The position numbers and the translations under genes were made by a program. From contig JBGSYZ010000017.1 of assembly GCA_041750655.1 (NCBI GenBank), positions 68,142-132,141 on the forward strand: DNA of 64,000 bases, read 5' to 3'. Within the stretch, counting starts at the first letter, position 1; each line of letters opens with the position of its first letter. The stretch comes from Minisyncoccia bacterium (GTDB taxonomy: Bacteria; Patescibacteriota; Minisyncoccia; Phycocordibacterales; UBA918). Positions 50,588 through 59,694 of the stretch are shown here, piece by piece. The notes under the pieces were generated by a model. The model was not told where the DNA came from. It made no database searches and saw only the letters and a list, made by a program, of their open reading frames with translations.

Positions 50588-50750
50588 GAGCATCAGTTTC
50601 CAAAACCCCAACACGTCTAGCGTTGGGGTTTTGTGATACTGACTCTGTGGACGGATTCGAAAAGGTTGACTGATATTTTACGACTGGAAGGAGTAAAAAT
50701 ATCGACAACCTGTACTGAAGCTGTATAGCTTCGAATCCTACCGCCGGAGC
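50588..50750 (+). repeat. About 165-bp direct repeat copy 2 ending in tRNA-Asn 3' fragment c
   Basis: Same architecture as 49920..50084. It ends in gtatagcttcgaatcctaccgccggagc. Confidence 0.8.
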
Positions 50751-50812
50751 TAGTAGAAGTACATTCAAAAAAGTGAATGTGTTTCTGTTATACTGAAATT
50801 AGTTAAAAGTAA

Positions 50813-51529
50813 GTGTATTCATTTTTTATGTTTTCGATAAAAAATCTAGCACGCATTACTGGAGCAACCTATCTCCTGATGATTCCGTTTGGTGTCTTGG
50901 GGATTTTGTATGTTCCAAGTGCTATCTTTGTACATAATGATATGGTTGCGACTGTTGGTAATATTATTGCTAATAAACAAATGTTCCATTTCAGCATTTT
51001 TGCTTCGCTTGTCGTGCAACTGATACAAATTGTTTTAGTATTACTTCTGTATAAATTACTCAGCCACGCCAGCAAAACAGCCGGAATACTTATGATTGCG
51101 TTCATCATCCCAGCTGTTTCTATCGCTATGCTTAATGAAGTTAATCTGCTTGCAATCAGTAGTTTAGTTAGTGGTGCGACTTATACTGCTAGCTTTACTG
51201 CAGAGCAAATTCAAGGACTCGTTGGATTGTTGTTTGAAATGCATCAAGCAGGTGTCTTTGTGGCACAAATCTTCTGGGGCATCTGGTTATTCCCTATGGG
51301 GTATCTTGTGTATCATTCAGGATACATACCTCGTTTTATTGGTGTGTTACTGATGATTGGTTGTTTCGGGTACTTGGCCGACTCATTATTTTTTGTATTG
51401 AATATTGACATCAGGTTTACTATCAGCGAATTCACATTCTTGGGAGAAGTATTGTTACCCCTATGGTTAATCTTTAAGGCAAGTGACATTGCTCTGTATC
51501 ATCCGAATGGCAAATTACAGACCGTGTAA
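50813..51529 (+). CDS. Polytopic membrane protein (DUF4386-like?)
   Basis: 238 aa with 6 TMs. The family guess is tentative. Confidence 0.4.
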   Translation: MYSFFMFSIKNLARITGATYLLMIPFGVLGILYVPSAIFVHNDMVATVGNIIANKQMFHFSIFASLVVQLIQIVLVLLLYKLLSHASKTAGILMIAFIIPAVSIAMLNEVNLLAISSLVSGATYTASFTAEQIQGLVGLLFEMHQAGVFVAQIFWGIWLFPMGYLVYHSGYIPRFIGVLLMIGCFGYLADSLFFVLNIDIRFTISEFTFLGEVLLPLWLIFKASDIALYHPNGKLQTV

Positions 51530-51660
51530 GGTTTTTCAGCAATTGTTCAATACTGCCTGTATTAAAATTTACCTCTGCTCTAACCAGGTTATATTTATGA
51601 ACATGCGTAAGTTGCAGAACAGATAAGCTTAAAACTCTTAACTACAAACATAAATTACTA

Positions 51661-51816
51661 TATACTAGTGATCATGACACGAATAATTGCATTAAGTCCA
51701 AAAAAGAACACCAAAAAAGGTCCTTATAAATCACCTAAACGTTTAGAAGCAAAACGAGAAATGCTAGCAAAAAAAGCGAGTAAAGCGAGTAAAGCGAGTA
51801 AAGGGAGAAAGAAGTA
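51661..51816 (+). CDS. Small basic ORF (51 aa) with internal 9-bp triple tandem repeat
   Basis: MTRIIALSPKKNTKKGPYKSPKRLEAKREMLAKKASKASKASKGRKK. The DNA carries gcgagtaaa x3 at 51775..51805. Weak RBS. Confidence 0.25.
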
Positions 51817-51942
51817 GACAAATAGAACGAGCATTTGTTGCATAAAGTCACGTATTAATTACGCGGCTTTTTTTGCATGTAGCGTACGAATACGACTTTA
51901 TCACTGAGTAATTAAAACCCTGCCAGAAGAATTTAGTAGGCC

Positions 51943-52503
51943 TTACATCCTGGTAGCAATTTTACTTTGCAATTGTAGTATTTGCTCTAGGAGAGCAATA
52001 ATTTGCGTCAACAATTCAATTTTTTTATGAAGTTCGGCATCAGTTGATGTTGTATGTACAGTACTACTAGTAACACTATTTTTCCAACAACTACGTGAAG
52101 AATTCCAGGGTGAGGTACCTGTAGTGTCGTACAAATGTCTGGCATACGCTAAGTTGTCATCAAGATTTTCTAGATCCAAACCTAAGGCCAGAGCGTCTTT
52201 TGTATGGACTACTTTGTAAAATTGGAATACTCCGACCATGGAATTATTGAAACCTCCGTGCAGAACAGAGCCGTCGTTATTCTGGTGTTGGAATTCGGAT
52301 TCGCAGCGAGCAATTTCGATCATAACCGGAATGTCACTAAAATACTCACGGACTCTTTTTTCAACTTCATTTTGAGTTAGTGGTGCTGGTGTGGTGGAAG
52401 TAGCCACTCCACTTTCGGCCGTAACTACATTAGGTTCTATGCCAAAATAGACTAGCACTATGGCCAAACTAAACAATGTGAGCAAGTTCTTCATTACACG
52501 CAT
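51943..52503 (-). CDS. Secreted protein with transglycosylase-like (Rpf/lysozyme-like) motif
   Basis: Signal peptide. IARCESEFQHQNNDGSVLHGGFNNSMVGVFQF resembles the CESGGNW...GGLQF transglycosylase-like domain. C-terminal coiled coil. Confidence 0.4.
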   Translation of the reverse strand: MRVMKNLLTLFSLAIVLVYFGIEPNVVTAESGVATSTTPAPLTQNEVEKRVREYFSDIPVMIEIARCESEFQHQNNDGSVLHGGFNNSMVGVFQFYKVVHTKDALALGLDLENLDDNLAYARHLYDTTGTSPWNSSRSCWKNSVTSSTVHTTSTDAELHKKIELLTQIIALLEQILQLQSKIATRM

Positions 52504-52604
52504 TGTATCATTTTAATATTTATAAAAGGGTGATATAGATGAAACTTCTTTCCAAAGAGGACTTATTACCGTTGCGGTACAGTAGTCTAATCGAAGCGTA
52601 TGTA

Positions 52605-53297
52605 TCAATCGTCCTCCTCGTCTTCGTGTTCCTCCTCATGATCTTCGTGTTCATCTTCATGCTCGTCATCTATCTTTGTATTTGTTTCTACAGTTTTGGT
52701 AGGTGTGACAATTATTGGGGTGGTTTCAGCCGCTGGTTTCGGGTTTGGTTTATTTACTGGCACAGCCGCGGTGTCTCTAACTTCTACTATCTGGGCTGGC
52801 TCCATCACTACAAAGTCTTGAAAGGGGATATCACTATAATGATCAATACTAGCAGCAATACGATAGACTCCGGGTATGCTAAATAATTCAGGCCAGTCAT
52901 CAAAATTGTAGCTGCGAGTAGCCTCACTCGGGACAGCTACATTTCTTTCCTCGGAATAACATTCACCGTCGGTCTTAGCGTTGGCGTGGATTTGTATCCA
53001 GGTTCCGTCGTACCAACGGTATACGTTAAGAGGTTCGCTCGGACACTGGTTGGTGACGTACACAGGCACTGGGAAATGATTGGTAACGGTAAAGCCAATA
53101 GACTCACCGAGTTGGTACTTTGTTTTGTCTACTGTTAGTTCAATATTTCCTGAAGGCAAATGATGTTCTTCATACTTGTGGTACATTGCAGTAGCAAAGG
53201 TGGCCGTACCTGCTAAAAGGAGGGCGTACAAAGCTACCCAAGGCAATATGCGTCCGAGTTGAGGGTTGCTATAGTTTTGCTTTTTAAATATGTTCAT
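52605..53297 (-). CDS. Secreted protein with C-terminal His/Glu-rich acidic tail
   Basis: The likely start is the internal Met (MNIFKKQ...) overlapping the upstream stop (ATGA). Signal anchor. The tail is DDEHEDEHEDHEEEHEDEEDD. Last gene of the redox operon. Confidence 0.5.
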   Translation of the reverse strand: MNIFKKQNYSNPQLGRILPWVALYALLLAGTATFATAMYHKYEEHHLPSGNIELTVDKTKYQLGESIGFTVTNHFPVPVYVTNQCPSEPLNVYRWYDGTWIQIHANAKTDGECYSEERNVAVPSEATRSYNFDDWPELFSIPGVYRIAASIDHYSDIPFQDFVVMEPAQIVEVRDTAAVPVNKPNPKPAAETTPIIVTPTKTVETNTKIDDEHEDEHEDHEEEHEDEEDD

Positions 53298-54031
53298 ACA
53301 GTGTACGCTCGCCATAATCGTTTGAGTGAGGCAATTAGTAGGATAACACCCAGACCTATCCAAACATAACGAAGGATTCCGCCTGCTAGGTCAGTACCAA
53401 TAAAGAGTGCGTGTACGAACACAAACACCATCGCGAGGTAACTTAATAAGTGTATTACTTTCCAAGCTTTTGTTCTTCCTTCAACCCAAATAAGTGATAC
53501 TAGTACAATTAAAACAATGAGATAAAAAGCGGCAACTCCTAGGGCGACGTACAGAGAACCGAACGATATTCCATAAAGTTCGACTGGCTGGTATTGTGAT
53601 GCAAAGGGAACAAGTAGATCAACCACACTAAATGGTACAAAGTGATCAAAGTATAACGCAATCATGTGGAGTAGCAGAGAGATAGTCAGTATGATGCCGA
53701 GTGAGCGATGTGTGGCCCAGCCAGTGAGTGGTTCTATAAAGGCGTAGGTTCGCCCAGTTATAAAACCAATGCCAGAGAGCATTAATAGGGTCATGGCGAC
53801 GGCTGCCACTAAACCTGAAGCGCGTGTGAGATACCAGGGCCAAGAATTTTGGACGCGACTCAATAACTCTTCGGCCATTGATGTCTGAGCAGTGGCGTCT
53901 ACCACTATACTTGCTCCTGGGGTAGGTGTCTGAGCTTGGCTAGAAAGGGTGAATGCAGAAAGGCTAAGAAAAATAATTATTGCAAAAATAATAGTTAATA
54001 TATGTCGGTGGGGCAATTTATACGTATGCAT
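53294..54031 (-). CDS. Ferric-reductase-like transmembrane (di-heme b) component
   Basis: 6 TMs with two His pairs spaced 13 residues apart on TM helices (HRSLGIILTISLLLH; HLLSYLAMVFVFVH), the hallmark of FRD/NOX/YedZ-type heme-binding TM domains. Confidence 0.6.
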   Translation of the reverse strand: MHTYKLPHRHILTIIFAIIIFLSLSAFTLSSQAQTPTPGASIVVDATAQTSMAEELLSRVQNSWPWYLTRASGLVAAVAMTLLMLSGIGFITGRTYAFIEPLTGWATHRSLGIILTISLLLHMIALYFDHFVPFSVVDLLVPFASQYQPVELYGISFGSLYVALGVAAFYLIVLIVLVSLIWVEGRTKAWKVIHLLSYLAMVFVFVHALFIGTDLAGGILRYVWIGLGVILLIASLKRLWRAYTV

Positions 54032-54060
54032 GTGTGTATATTGTACGATATCACGGCGTT

Positions 54061-54975
54061 CTAGTCAGTGGTTATAAAGTCATTTCCAAGTGTCCGAATA
54101 TTGCCGAGCGCATCCTGAGACAAAACCGCCCGAGCATATCCCTGGCTGAACATCTTTTGAGTAAAATCCTCGCCAGCTATAAGTATGCATGAAGCGAGTA
54201 CGTCGGCAGTAACAGTATCATTAGCCACGACCGTTACTATTTCGTATTGAGATTCAGCAGTTACTCCCGTACGAGGATCGATGATATGTTTTTGAGATTT
54301 ATTTTGTTTTTTTCTAGTGAGGCCAGAAGTGGCGATTCCATACGGGACAGTTGCGCTACTATAGGTAAGATTTTTAATTGTGGTCTGAGGAGTGGTTTCT
54401 ATTTCAATTTCCCACGGGCCAGTCGGTCGTTGTCCGCTTATGTGTATATCGCCGCCAAGAGACAAACAAAAATCTTTGGTGTACGGTCTCAGCCAATTAG
54501 CTAATTTGTCAGCCAAAAAGCCTTTGCCTATACCACCAAAATCGAGAGCTGCTTCAGTTGGTATGTAGGCCCAGGTGTCACCAATTTCTAATGTATCAAA
54601 GCTAGCTAACTTTCGCGCTGTGAAATCTGACGAGTGGGTGTTGCTGTCTGTCATGGAAGACAGGTAGCCAGCTTGTTGTAGTTGCGGAAGAATAAACGGG
54701 TTAAAAAGTCCGTCTGTTAGTTCAAAAAAATATTTTGTACTTTGAAGCAGCTCTTTAAAATCGGGCGAAATAGATGTTTTGGCGCCTGCCTGATGATTGA
54801 AGTGTGTAAGCTCACTTGTCTCGGAAAAACGACTGAAGCGGTTTTTAAATTCATTTACAATTTTCCACAACTCTACAAACCAGCTTTCAACTTCAGGTAC
54901 ATTTTCAGATACCAACCATAAATCAACAGTAGTGCCTAGAACATCGCATGATTGGCTATATACCTGCCTACTCAT
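54061..54975 (-). CDS. apbE: FAD:protein FMN transferase (ApbE family)
   Basis: ApbE motifs ELTDGLFNPFILP and LDFGGIGKGFLADKL. 304 aa. Confidence 0.75.
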   Translation of the reverse strand: MSRQVYSQSCDVLGTTVDLWLVSENVPEVESWFVELWKIVNEFKNRFSRFSETSELTHFNHQAGAKTSISPDFKELLQSTKYFFELTDGLFNPFILPQLQQAGYLSSMTDSNTHSSDFTARKLASFDTLEIGDTWAYIPTEAALDFGGIGKGFLADKLANWLRPYTKDFCLSLGGDIHISGQRPTGPWEIEIETTPQTTIKNLTYSSATVPYGIATSGLTRKKQNKSQKHIIDPRTGVTAESQYEIVTVVANDTVTADVLASCILIAGEDFTQKMFSQGYARAVLSQDALGNIRTLGNDFITTD

Positions 54976-56150
54976 GATCGTTTGGTTTTTGGTTTGCTAG
55001 TGGTTGTAACAGTTTTTGTGGGGGTTGGAGCAGGAGTTGCTACAACTGGTGCTGGTGTTGGTGTGACTACCACTGGTGTTGGTTTTACAACAACCGGCGC
55101 TGGGGTAGTAACTACTGGTGTAGGAGTCGGTGTCGAATTAACAGTTTTTTTCTCGTCGTTTGGCACAGTAACCAAGATTGGTTCTTGGGTAGTATCGGTG
55201 TCTACTTGCGGTGGTATCGATTTGATATTGCTCAGCACGTTAGCATTAATACCAACAATGTCATTTTGTACTTCGGTTATTTCGGGAGCGTAGCTAGCTT
55301 CAAGTGTTGGTAGGGTTTTAATTAAATCACTTGTTACCACAAAACCACCAAAAATCATTAATAAAAGACCAGATGAAGCGTATGCGTTAAGTGGCCAACT
55401 CATTTGTAAGCTATTGCTTGAACCAGAACCTTGATTAAAGGCTTCGCTCAATATCCTTGAGTGAGGTACCCCATGATCAGCCAGCAAGTTTTGCATAGCC
55501 TTGATATATCCGCCTGGTCCACAAATCATATAGGTTTGATGACTGAAGTTTAATCCTAGGCTTCTTACGGTCGTATCGTCTAGTCGTCCAACTATAAATT
55601 CGCTATTACTAAAGCGATCAGTGTCACCACCAGCAATAATAAAGGTGATACGAAGTCTTGGGTTTTTGTTTTCTAACAAAGTTAATTCCTCGAAAAAGGG
55701 TATGTCGTTTTGATTTCTGCAACTAAAAATCAAATGAATGTTATGTTTAAGTTGGAGTTCGCTCGCATAACGAATCATGCTCATAAATGGAGTAACACCG
55801 ATACCACCAGCTAGAAAAACCAGATTTTGATTTTCTTGGTCTTTGAGGACAAAATGTCCGAACGGACCACGTACGACTATTCTGTCACCAGCCTCTAAGC
55901 GTTCAAGTGCCTGAGTATAGTCTCCGCCAACTCGAGCACAAAACTCTAGTTCGGAACGTTTGTTCGGTGAAGAAGCAATAGAAAAACAGCGTGTGGTCGT
56001 TGGTCGGATTTGGTCATGAAGACTAATGGCAGCATACTGACCAGGTTCAAAGAGAAGGGGTTTCCTTCCTTCATCGCACACCATTTTTACTGAACGAACA
56101 GTAGGTGTTATTAAGTTGTTTTCAGAAACTGTATAGTGATACTTACTCAT
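54972..56150 (-). CDS. FNR-like FAD/NAD(P)-binding oxidoreductase with C-terminal TM anchor and Pro/Thr-rich extracellular tail
   Basis: RCFSIASSP (RxYS FAD motif), GGIGVTPFMSMIRY (NAD-binding) and CGPGGY. Then a TM helix (SGLLLMIFGGFVVTS) and a PTPTPVVTTPAPVVVKPTPVVVTPTPAP linker. Confidence 0.7.
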   Translation of the reverse strand: MSKYHYTVSENNLITPTVRSVKMVCDEGRKPLLFEPGQYAAISLHDQIRPTTTRCFSIASSPNKRSELEFCARVGGDYTQALERLEAGDRIVVRGPFGHFVLKDQENQNLVFLAGGIGVTPFMSMIRYASELQLKHNIHLIFSCRNQNDIPFFEELTLLENKNPRLRITFIIAGGDTDRFSNSEFIVGRLDDTTVRSLGLNFSHQTYMICGPGGYIKAMQNLLADHGVPHSRILSEAFNQGSGSSNSLQMSWPLNAYASSGLLLMIFGGFVVTSDLIKTLPTLEASYAPEITEVQNDIVGINANVLSNIKSIPPQVDTDTTQEPILVTVPNDEKKTVNSTPTPTPVVTTPAPVVVKPTPVVVTPTPAPVVATPAPTPTKTVTTTSKPKTKRS

Positions 56151-56265
56151 GTTTTATATAGTATATATGTATTAAGACGAATACCCGGCTTAGTTATTAC
56201 ACTTTTTGGGTAAAAATATTACATATTATAATCAGTTATTATTATATGTGGTAATCTAAATAAAC

Positions 56266-56466
56266 ATGAAAAATCTAAAATGCGATCTGTGTGAGTTCGT
56301 AGCTAGTGGTGAAACCTTTGATGATTGGATGAACGCACTAAAGCCGCACTATGCAGAGGCACACGCTGATTTTATGCAAGCCTCAGGTAAATTATCAGAA
56401 GCGCAGCAAAAAGAAGAAATGGAAAAGTGGATGAGTGAAAACAAAGCTCGATTTAATGCGGCTTGA
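56266..56466 (+). CDS. Small metal-binding protein (DUF1059-like)
   Basis: 66 aa: MKNLKCDLCEFVASGETFDDWMNALKPHYAEAH, with a C-x2-C plus His pattern. Confidence 0.35.
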   Translation: MKNLKCDLCEFVASGETFDDWMNALKPHYAEAHADFMQASGKLSEAQQKEEMEKWMSENKARFNAA

Positions 56467-56484
56467 TTACTTTTTAAACAAACA

Positions 56485-57411
56485 GTGACTGTTACTAAGA
56501 AAAGACACAGACTAACAATCATTTGGCTGATGTCAGTCATTTTAGTTTTATCAGTTATTTTGTTTTTGAGTTTAAGTAACCGGTTGAGCTATAAGCGGGT
56601 GGCTGATGATCTAGAAGGGATTGTTGAAGAAACATCTATTATAGAAGACACTTTTCTTCATGAAGAGGAAGTAGTGATTATTGATACAAAATCTACAACC
56701 AGCGAACCAACGATACTACCAATAGAGAAAGTTCTTTTTGAATACATAGAGGTAACCGATGGGTGTGGTATACATTTTGAGGGTGAGTGTTTGAATGTTC
56801 GCTCGGGTCCTGGAATAGAGTATCCAGTAGTGGCCCAGTTACGTAATGGCATAGTTTTAAAAGTAGGCGGTCAGGTAGAAAGAGAAGGTGAAAAGTGGTA
56901 CAAAATTATCTTTGATGAATGGCTGAGATACCCCGAACGAGTAGCTGATGATTGGTACGTTGCTTCAGAATATGTGGAAGTGTTACTGGATGAGGGCAGC
57001 AAAACAGTTTGGGAAGACGGTGAGGCTACTACTACAAAAAGTATTATTGTGGATCGTTCCGAACAAAAACTATATGCCTACGACGGGGAAGAGTTGTTTA
57101 TGGAAGTCCCAATTTCAACTGGTCTAGAATTTACACCAACTCCACGAGGGACTTTTTCTATCTATAAAAAAACTCCCAGCAGATACATGCAAGGGCCTTT
57201 GCCTAATTTAGTTGATCAGCAGTATTACGATTTACCAGGTGTACCATGGAACTTGTATTTTACTCAAGGGGGGGCAGTTATACATGGTGCTTATTGGCAT
57301 AATAGCTTCGGCACACCTTACTCTCACGGCTGTGTAAATCTTTTACCAGATAATGCTCGTAAGTTATATAACTGGGCAGTGCTAGGTACAAAAGTGGTAG
57401 TTAGAGATTAA
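56485..57411 (+). CDS. L,D-transpeptidase (YkuD domain) with N-terminal TM anchor and SH3b-like domain
   Basis: Catalytic HG...SHGC (VIHGAYWHNSFGTPYSHGCVNL) and an SH3b-like segment (LNVRSGPGIEYPVVAQLRNGIVLKV...KWYKI). Confidence 0.75.
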   Translation: MTVTKKRHRLTIIWLMSVILVLSVILFLSLSNRLSYKRVADDLEGIVEETSIIEDTFLHEEEVVIIDTKSTTSEPTILPIEKVLFEYIEVTDGCGIHFEGECLNVRSGPGIEYPVVAQLRNGIVLKVGGQVEREGEKWYKIIFDEWLRYPERVADDWYVASEYVEVLLDEGSKTVWEDGEATTTKSIIVDRSEQKLYAYDGEELFMEVPISTGLEFTPTPRGTFSIYKKTPSRYMQGPLPNLVDQQYYDLPGVPWNLYFTQGGAVIHGAYWHNSFGTPYSHGCVNLLPDNARKLYNWAVLGTKVVVRD

Positions 57412-57434
57412 ATTATAACGCCACAATTTAGTGC

Positions 57435-58292
57435 TTGTGTATAGACCTAAGGTCAACTTATAATAGTCGGACTTTGAAATATATTCATTTTGTAGAAGGG
57501 CTGGTTTTAGTAATAACAATCAGCTTCTCACAGAGTTCTTTGTATGCAGCGCCTTCCACAACGTATGCGGTGACTGAACCTGAACCTCCCGAACCTATGT
57601 CGGTAGTTGAATCAATAGAAAATGAAAATAAAGACTTTGCAATAATTTTAAAATCTGAGATTAAAAAAGAAGAGGAAAAAGTCAAAGTAGATGAAGCTGT
57701 AGGAATTAAAACAGATAACATAAAAAAAGTTGAGGTAGATGAGACTGGTGCTATTCATCAAGAAATAAACTTAGAAGAATCAGTAACAAATGATAGTGTC
57801 TACAAGGTTCCATTCTATTCCCAGTTTACTGATATTTCATCAGCGGAATGGCGTAAGGTGGGCTGCGGTATTGCGAGTGTGGCTATGATAATCGACTATT
57901 ACAGCCAAGAAGATGTCTTAGTTGATGATTTACTAAAAAAAGGTATTGCTGCTGGAGCTTTTTCGAGTGATGTTGGCTGGACTCACCAGGGACTGATAAA
58001 TCTTTCTAAGCCTTACGGACTGAAAGGTCTTAGTCGAGAAATGTCTGCTCTGAGTATGCAGGACGCTTTTTCGGAACTTGAAAAAGTTTTGGCAAAAGGG
58101 CCAGTAATGGTGTCTGTTCACTATACATTTGATCCTAAAAACCCAATTCCACACTTGGTCGTAATAGACGGGATAAAAGATGGAAAAGTTTTTTACAATG
58201 ATCCGGCGGAAGCTGAAGGAGGTGGTTCGATTTCGATTACTAAGTTCCAGAGCTCATGGAAAAAAAGATATATTGAAATATCACCCGCATAA
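57435..58292 (+). CDS. Peptidase C39-like (papain-fold) domain protein, secreted
   Basis: VPFYSQFTDISSAEWRKVGCGIASVAMIIDYY (catalytic Cys in a YSQ...GCG context) and a downstream His (HLVVIDG). Confidence 0.6.
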   Translation: MCIDLRSTYNSRTLKYIHFVEGLVLVITISFSQSSLYAAPSTTYAVTEPEPPEPMSVVESIENENKDFAIILKSEIKKEEEKVKVDEAVGIKTDNIKKVEVDETGAIHQEINLEESVTNDSVYKVPFYSQFTDISSAEWRKVGCGIASVAMIIDYYSQEDVLVDDLLKKGIAAGAFSSDVGWTHQGLINLSKPYGLKGLSREMSALSMQDAFSELEKVLAKGPVMVSVHYTFDPKNPIPHLVVIDGIKDGKVFYNDPAEAEGGGSISITKFQSSWKKRYIEISPA

Positions 58293-58327
58293 GTTATTTT
58301 TACTTACTAGTCTGTTACAATTATCTG

Positions 58328-58561
58328 ATGTCAAAGGAGGAAGATAAAGTACACAGCGTACTCACACAAATTGAGAATCAACTCAGTCGTCAGAATTCAA
58401 TCGGCCGGGTCTTTATTTTGGGCTTGTTCAGAGGACTCGGTACCGCTCTCGGAGCCACGGTCTTACTGGCAATAATTACTTCACTCGCATTACAATTTTC
58501 TGACACACTGGATTTGCATATGCTCACACAGTATTTTTTTAGTGATGCCTTTGGAGAATAA
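58328..58561 (+). CDS. Small membrane protein (77 aa)
   Basis: One TM helix. Followed by a terminator at 58563..58590 (acaaccgccc-gtag-ggcggttgt). Confidence 0.35.
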   Translation: MSKEEDKVHSVLTQIENQLSRQNSIGRVFILGLFRGLGTALGATVLLAIITSLALQFSDTLDLHMLTQYFFSDAFGE

Positions 58562-58618
58562 TACAACCGCCCGTAGGGCGGTTGTATTATGTGTCTAACT
58601 ATGTGGAGCTATGCGGAG

Positions 58619-59317
58619 TTAGATGTTTATTTCGGTCTCTGATTCAACCTCGACGGCTGCGTCTGGGTCAGATTCATCTGTGTTACTCGCTGAGTCAACT
58701 TCCATGTTGGTTTCTTCATTCTCCATACTTTCGTCAGTTGTGTCCATAATTTCTTCGTCGGGAGTTTCCGAATCTGTTATCTCAGTTTCAGTCTCCAAAG
58801 CAGCTTCTGTATCAGAGCTTACTTCAAAGTCGTCGATAATGTCTTCGGCATGGTCAATTACTGCTGACACAGTTTCAGCTACAGCAACGGCAATACCCCG
58901 ACTACTACTCGTACTTCCACGAACGTTGAGCTTCGGCCGCTCGTTTTCTGGTAGTGTCATCACTGATGCGTCAATTGATACTAGTGTTGAGCTGTACTTA
59001 GTTAGGATTCGGCTAAGAGTGTCCAGCCCACCAAGCAATTGATTTTTTTGCTCATCAGTAAGCTTGGCTTTGTTTGATGACTCGACACTCTCGTTAATGG
59101 CGTTAAGTCGGGTTGCAATTTTTACTTGAGCTTGAGCTGCGTCTTCTGGGCTTAGAGTTCCAGCGGATACTTCAGCTTCCAGTGAAGCTAACTCAGTTTC
59201 AAGAGCAGCTACTTCATTTTCAAAAGTAGCAGTGTAATTGACTGTGTCACCTTGGAAAATAAACCAGCCGATACCAGCTAGAAGTAAAATTCCGAGGGCG
59301 ATAATAAATTTGTTCAT
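58619..59317 (-). CDS. Membrane-anchored acidic coiled-coil protein
   Basis: N-terminal TM, an alpha-helical Ala/Glu-rich middle and an extremely acidic Ser/Asp/Glu-rich C-terminus. Confidence 0.45.
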   Translation of the reverse strand: MNKFIIALGILLLAGIGWFIFQGDTVNYTATFENEVAALETELASLEAEVSAGTLSPEDAAQAQVKIATRLNAINESVESSNKAKLTDEQKNQLLGGLDTLSRILTKYSSTLVSIDASVMTLPENERPKLNVRGSTSSSRGIAVAVAETVSAVIDHAEDIIDDFEVSSDTEAALETETEITDSETPDEEIMDTTDESMENEETNMEVDSASNTDESDPDAAVEVESETEINI

Positions 59318-59694
59318 TGTTGTGATTAGTTATGTTAATAGGGAGCTAATTTAAATCTACACTATATATGACGCTAGGTATGAACATTCCTTACTAAAAA
59401 CCAACCATTTTTTAAAAAACACCAAAAATAAAGTGTTAATGGAGATGATTGACACTTCTCAATAATCGTGCTATTTTTGCGGGAAGCTTTTTAAACTCGT
59501 GTGGAATTAAAAGGCATGTGCTCGTAGCCTTCGTGAGACCTTTTGGTACTTTCTGGATGCTAAGCATTAAGAAGTACCAACAGGTGTACAGCTCCTCTCT
59601 GGAGCCCTCGGTCGCGCATATTGCCATGACTGATTTCTGAAATTATTACCTACACAAATTTGAGACGTATTGTCTCTCACTTAAAAAATAAATA

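Noticed and set aside
55000-55150. Short periodic DNA repeats (ggtgttgg/actggtg) that could look like a repeat array
   Set aside because: They encode the Pro/Thr/Val-rich extracellular linker of the FNR-like protein on the minus strand. There are no spacers, so it is not CRISPR.
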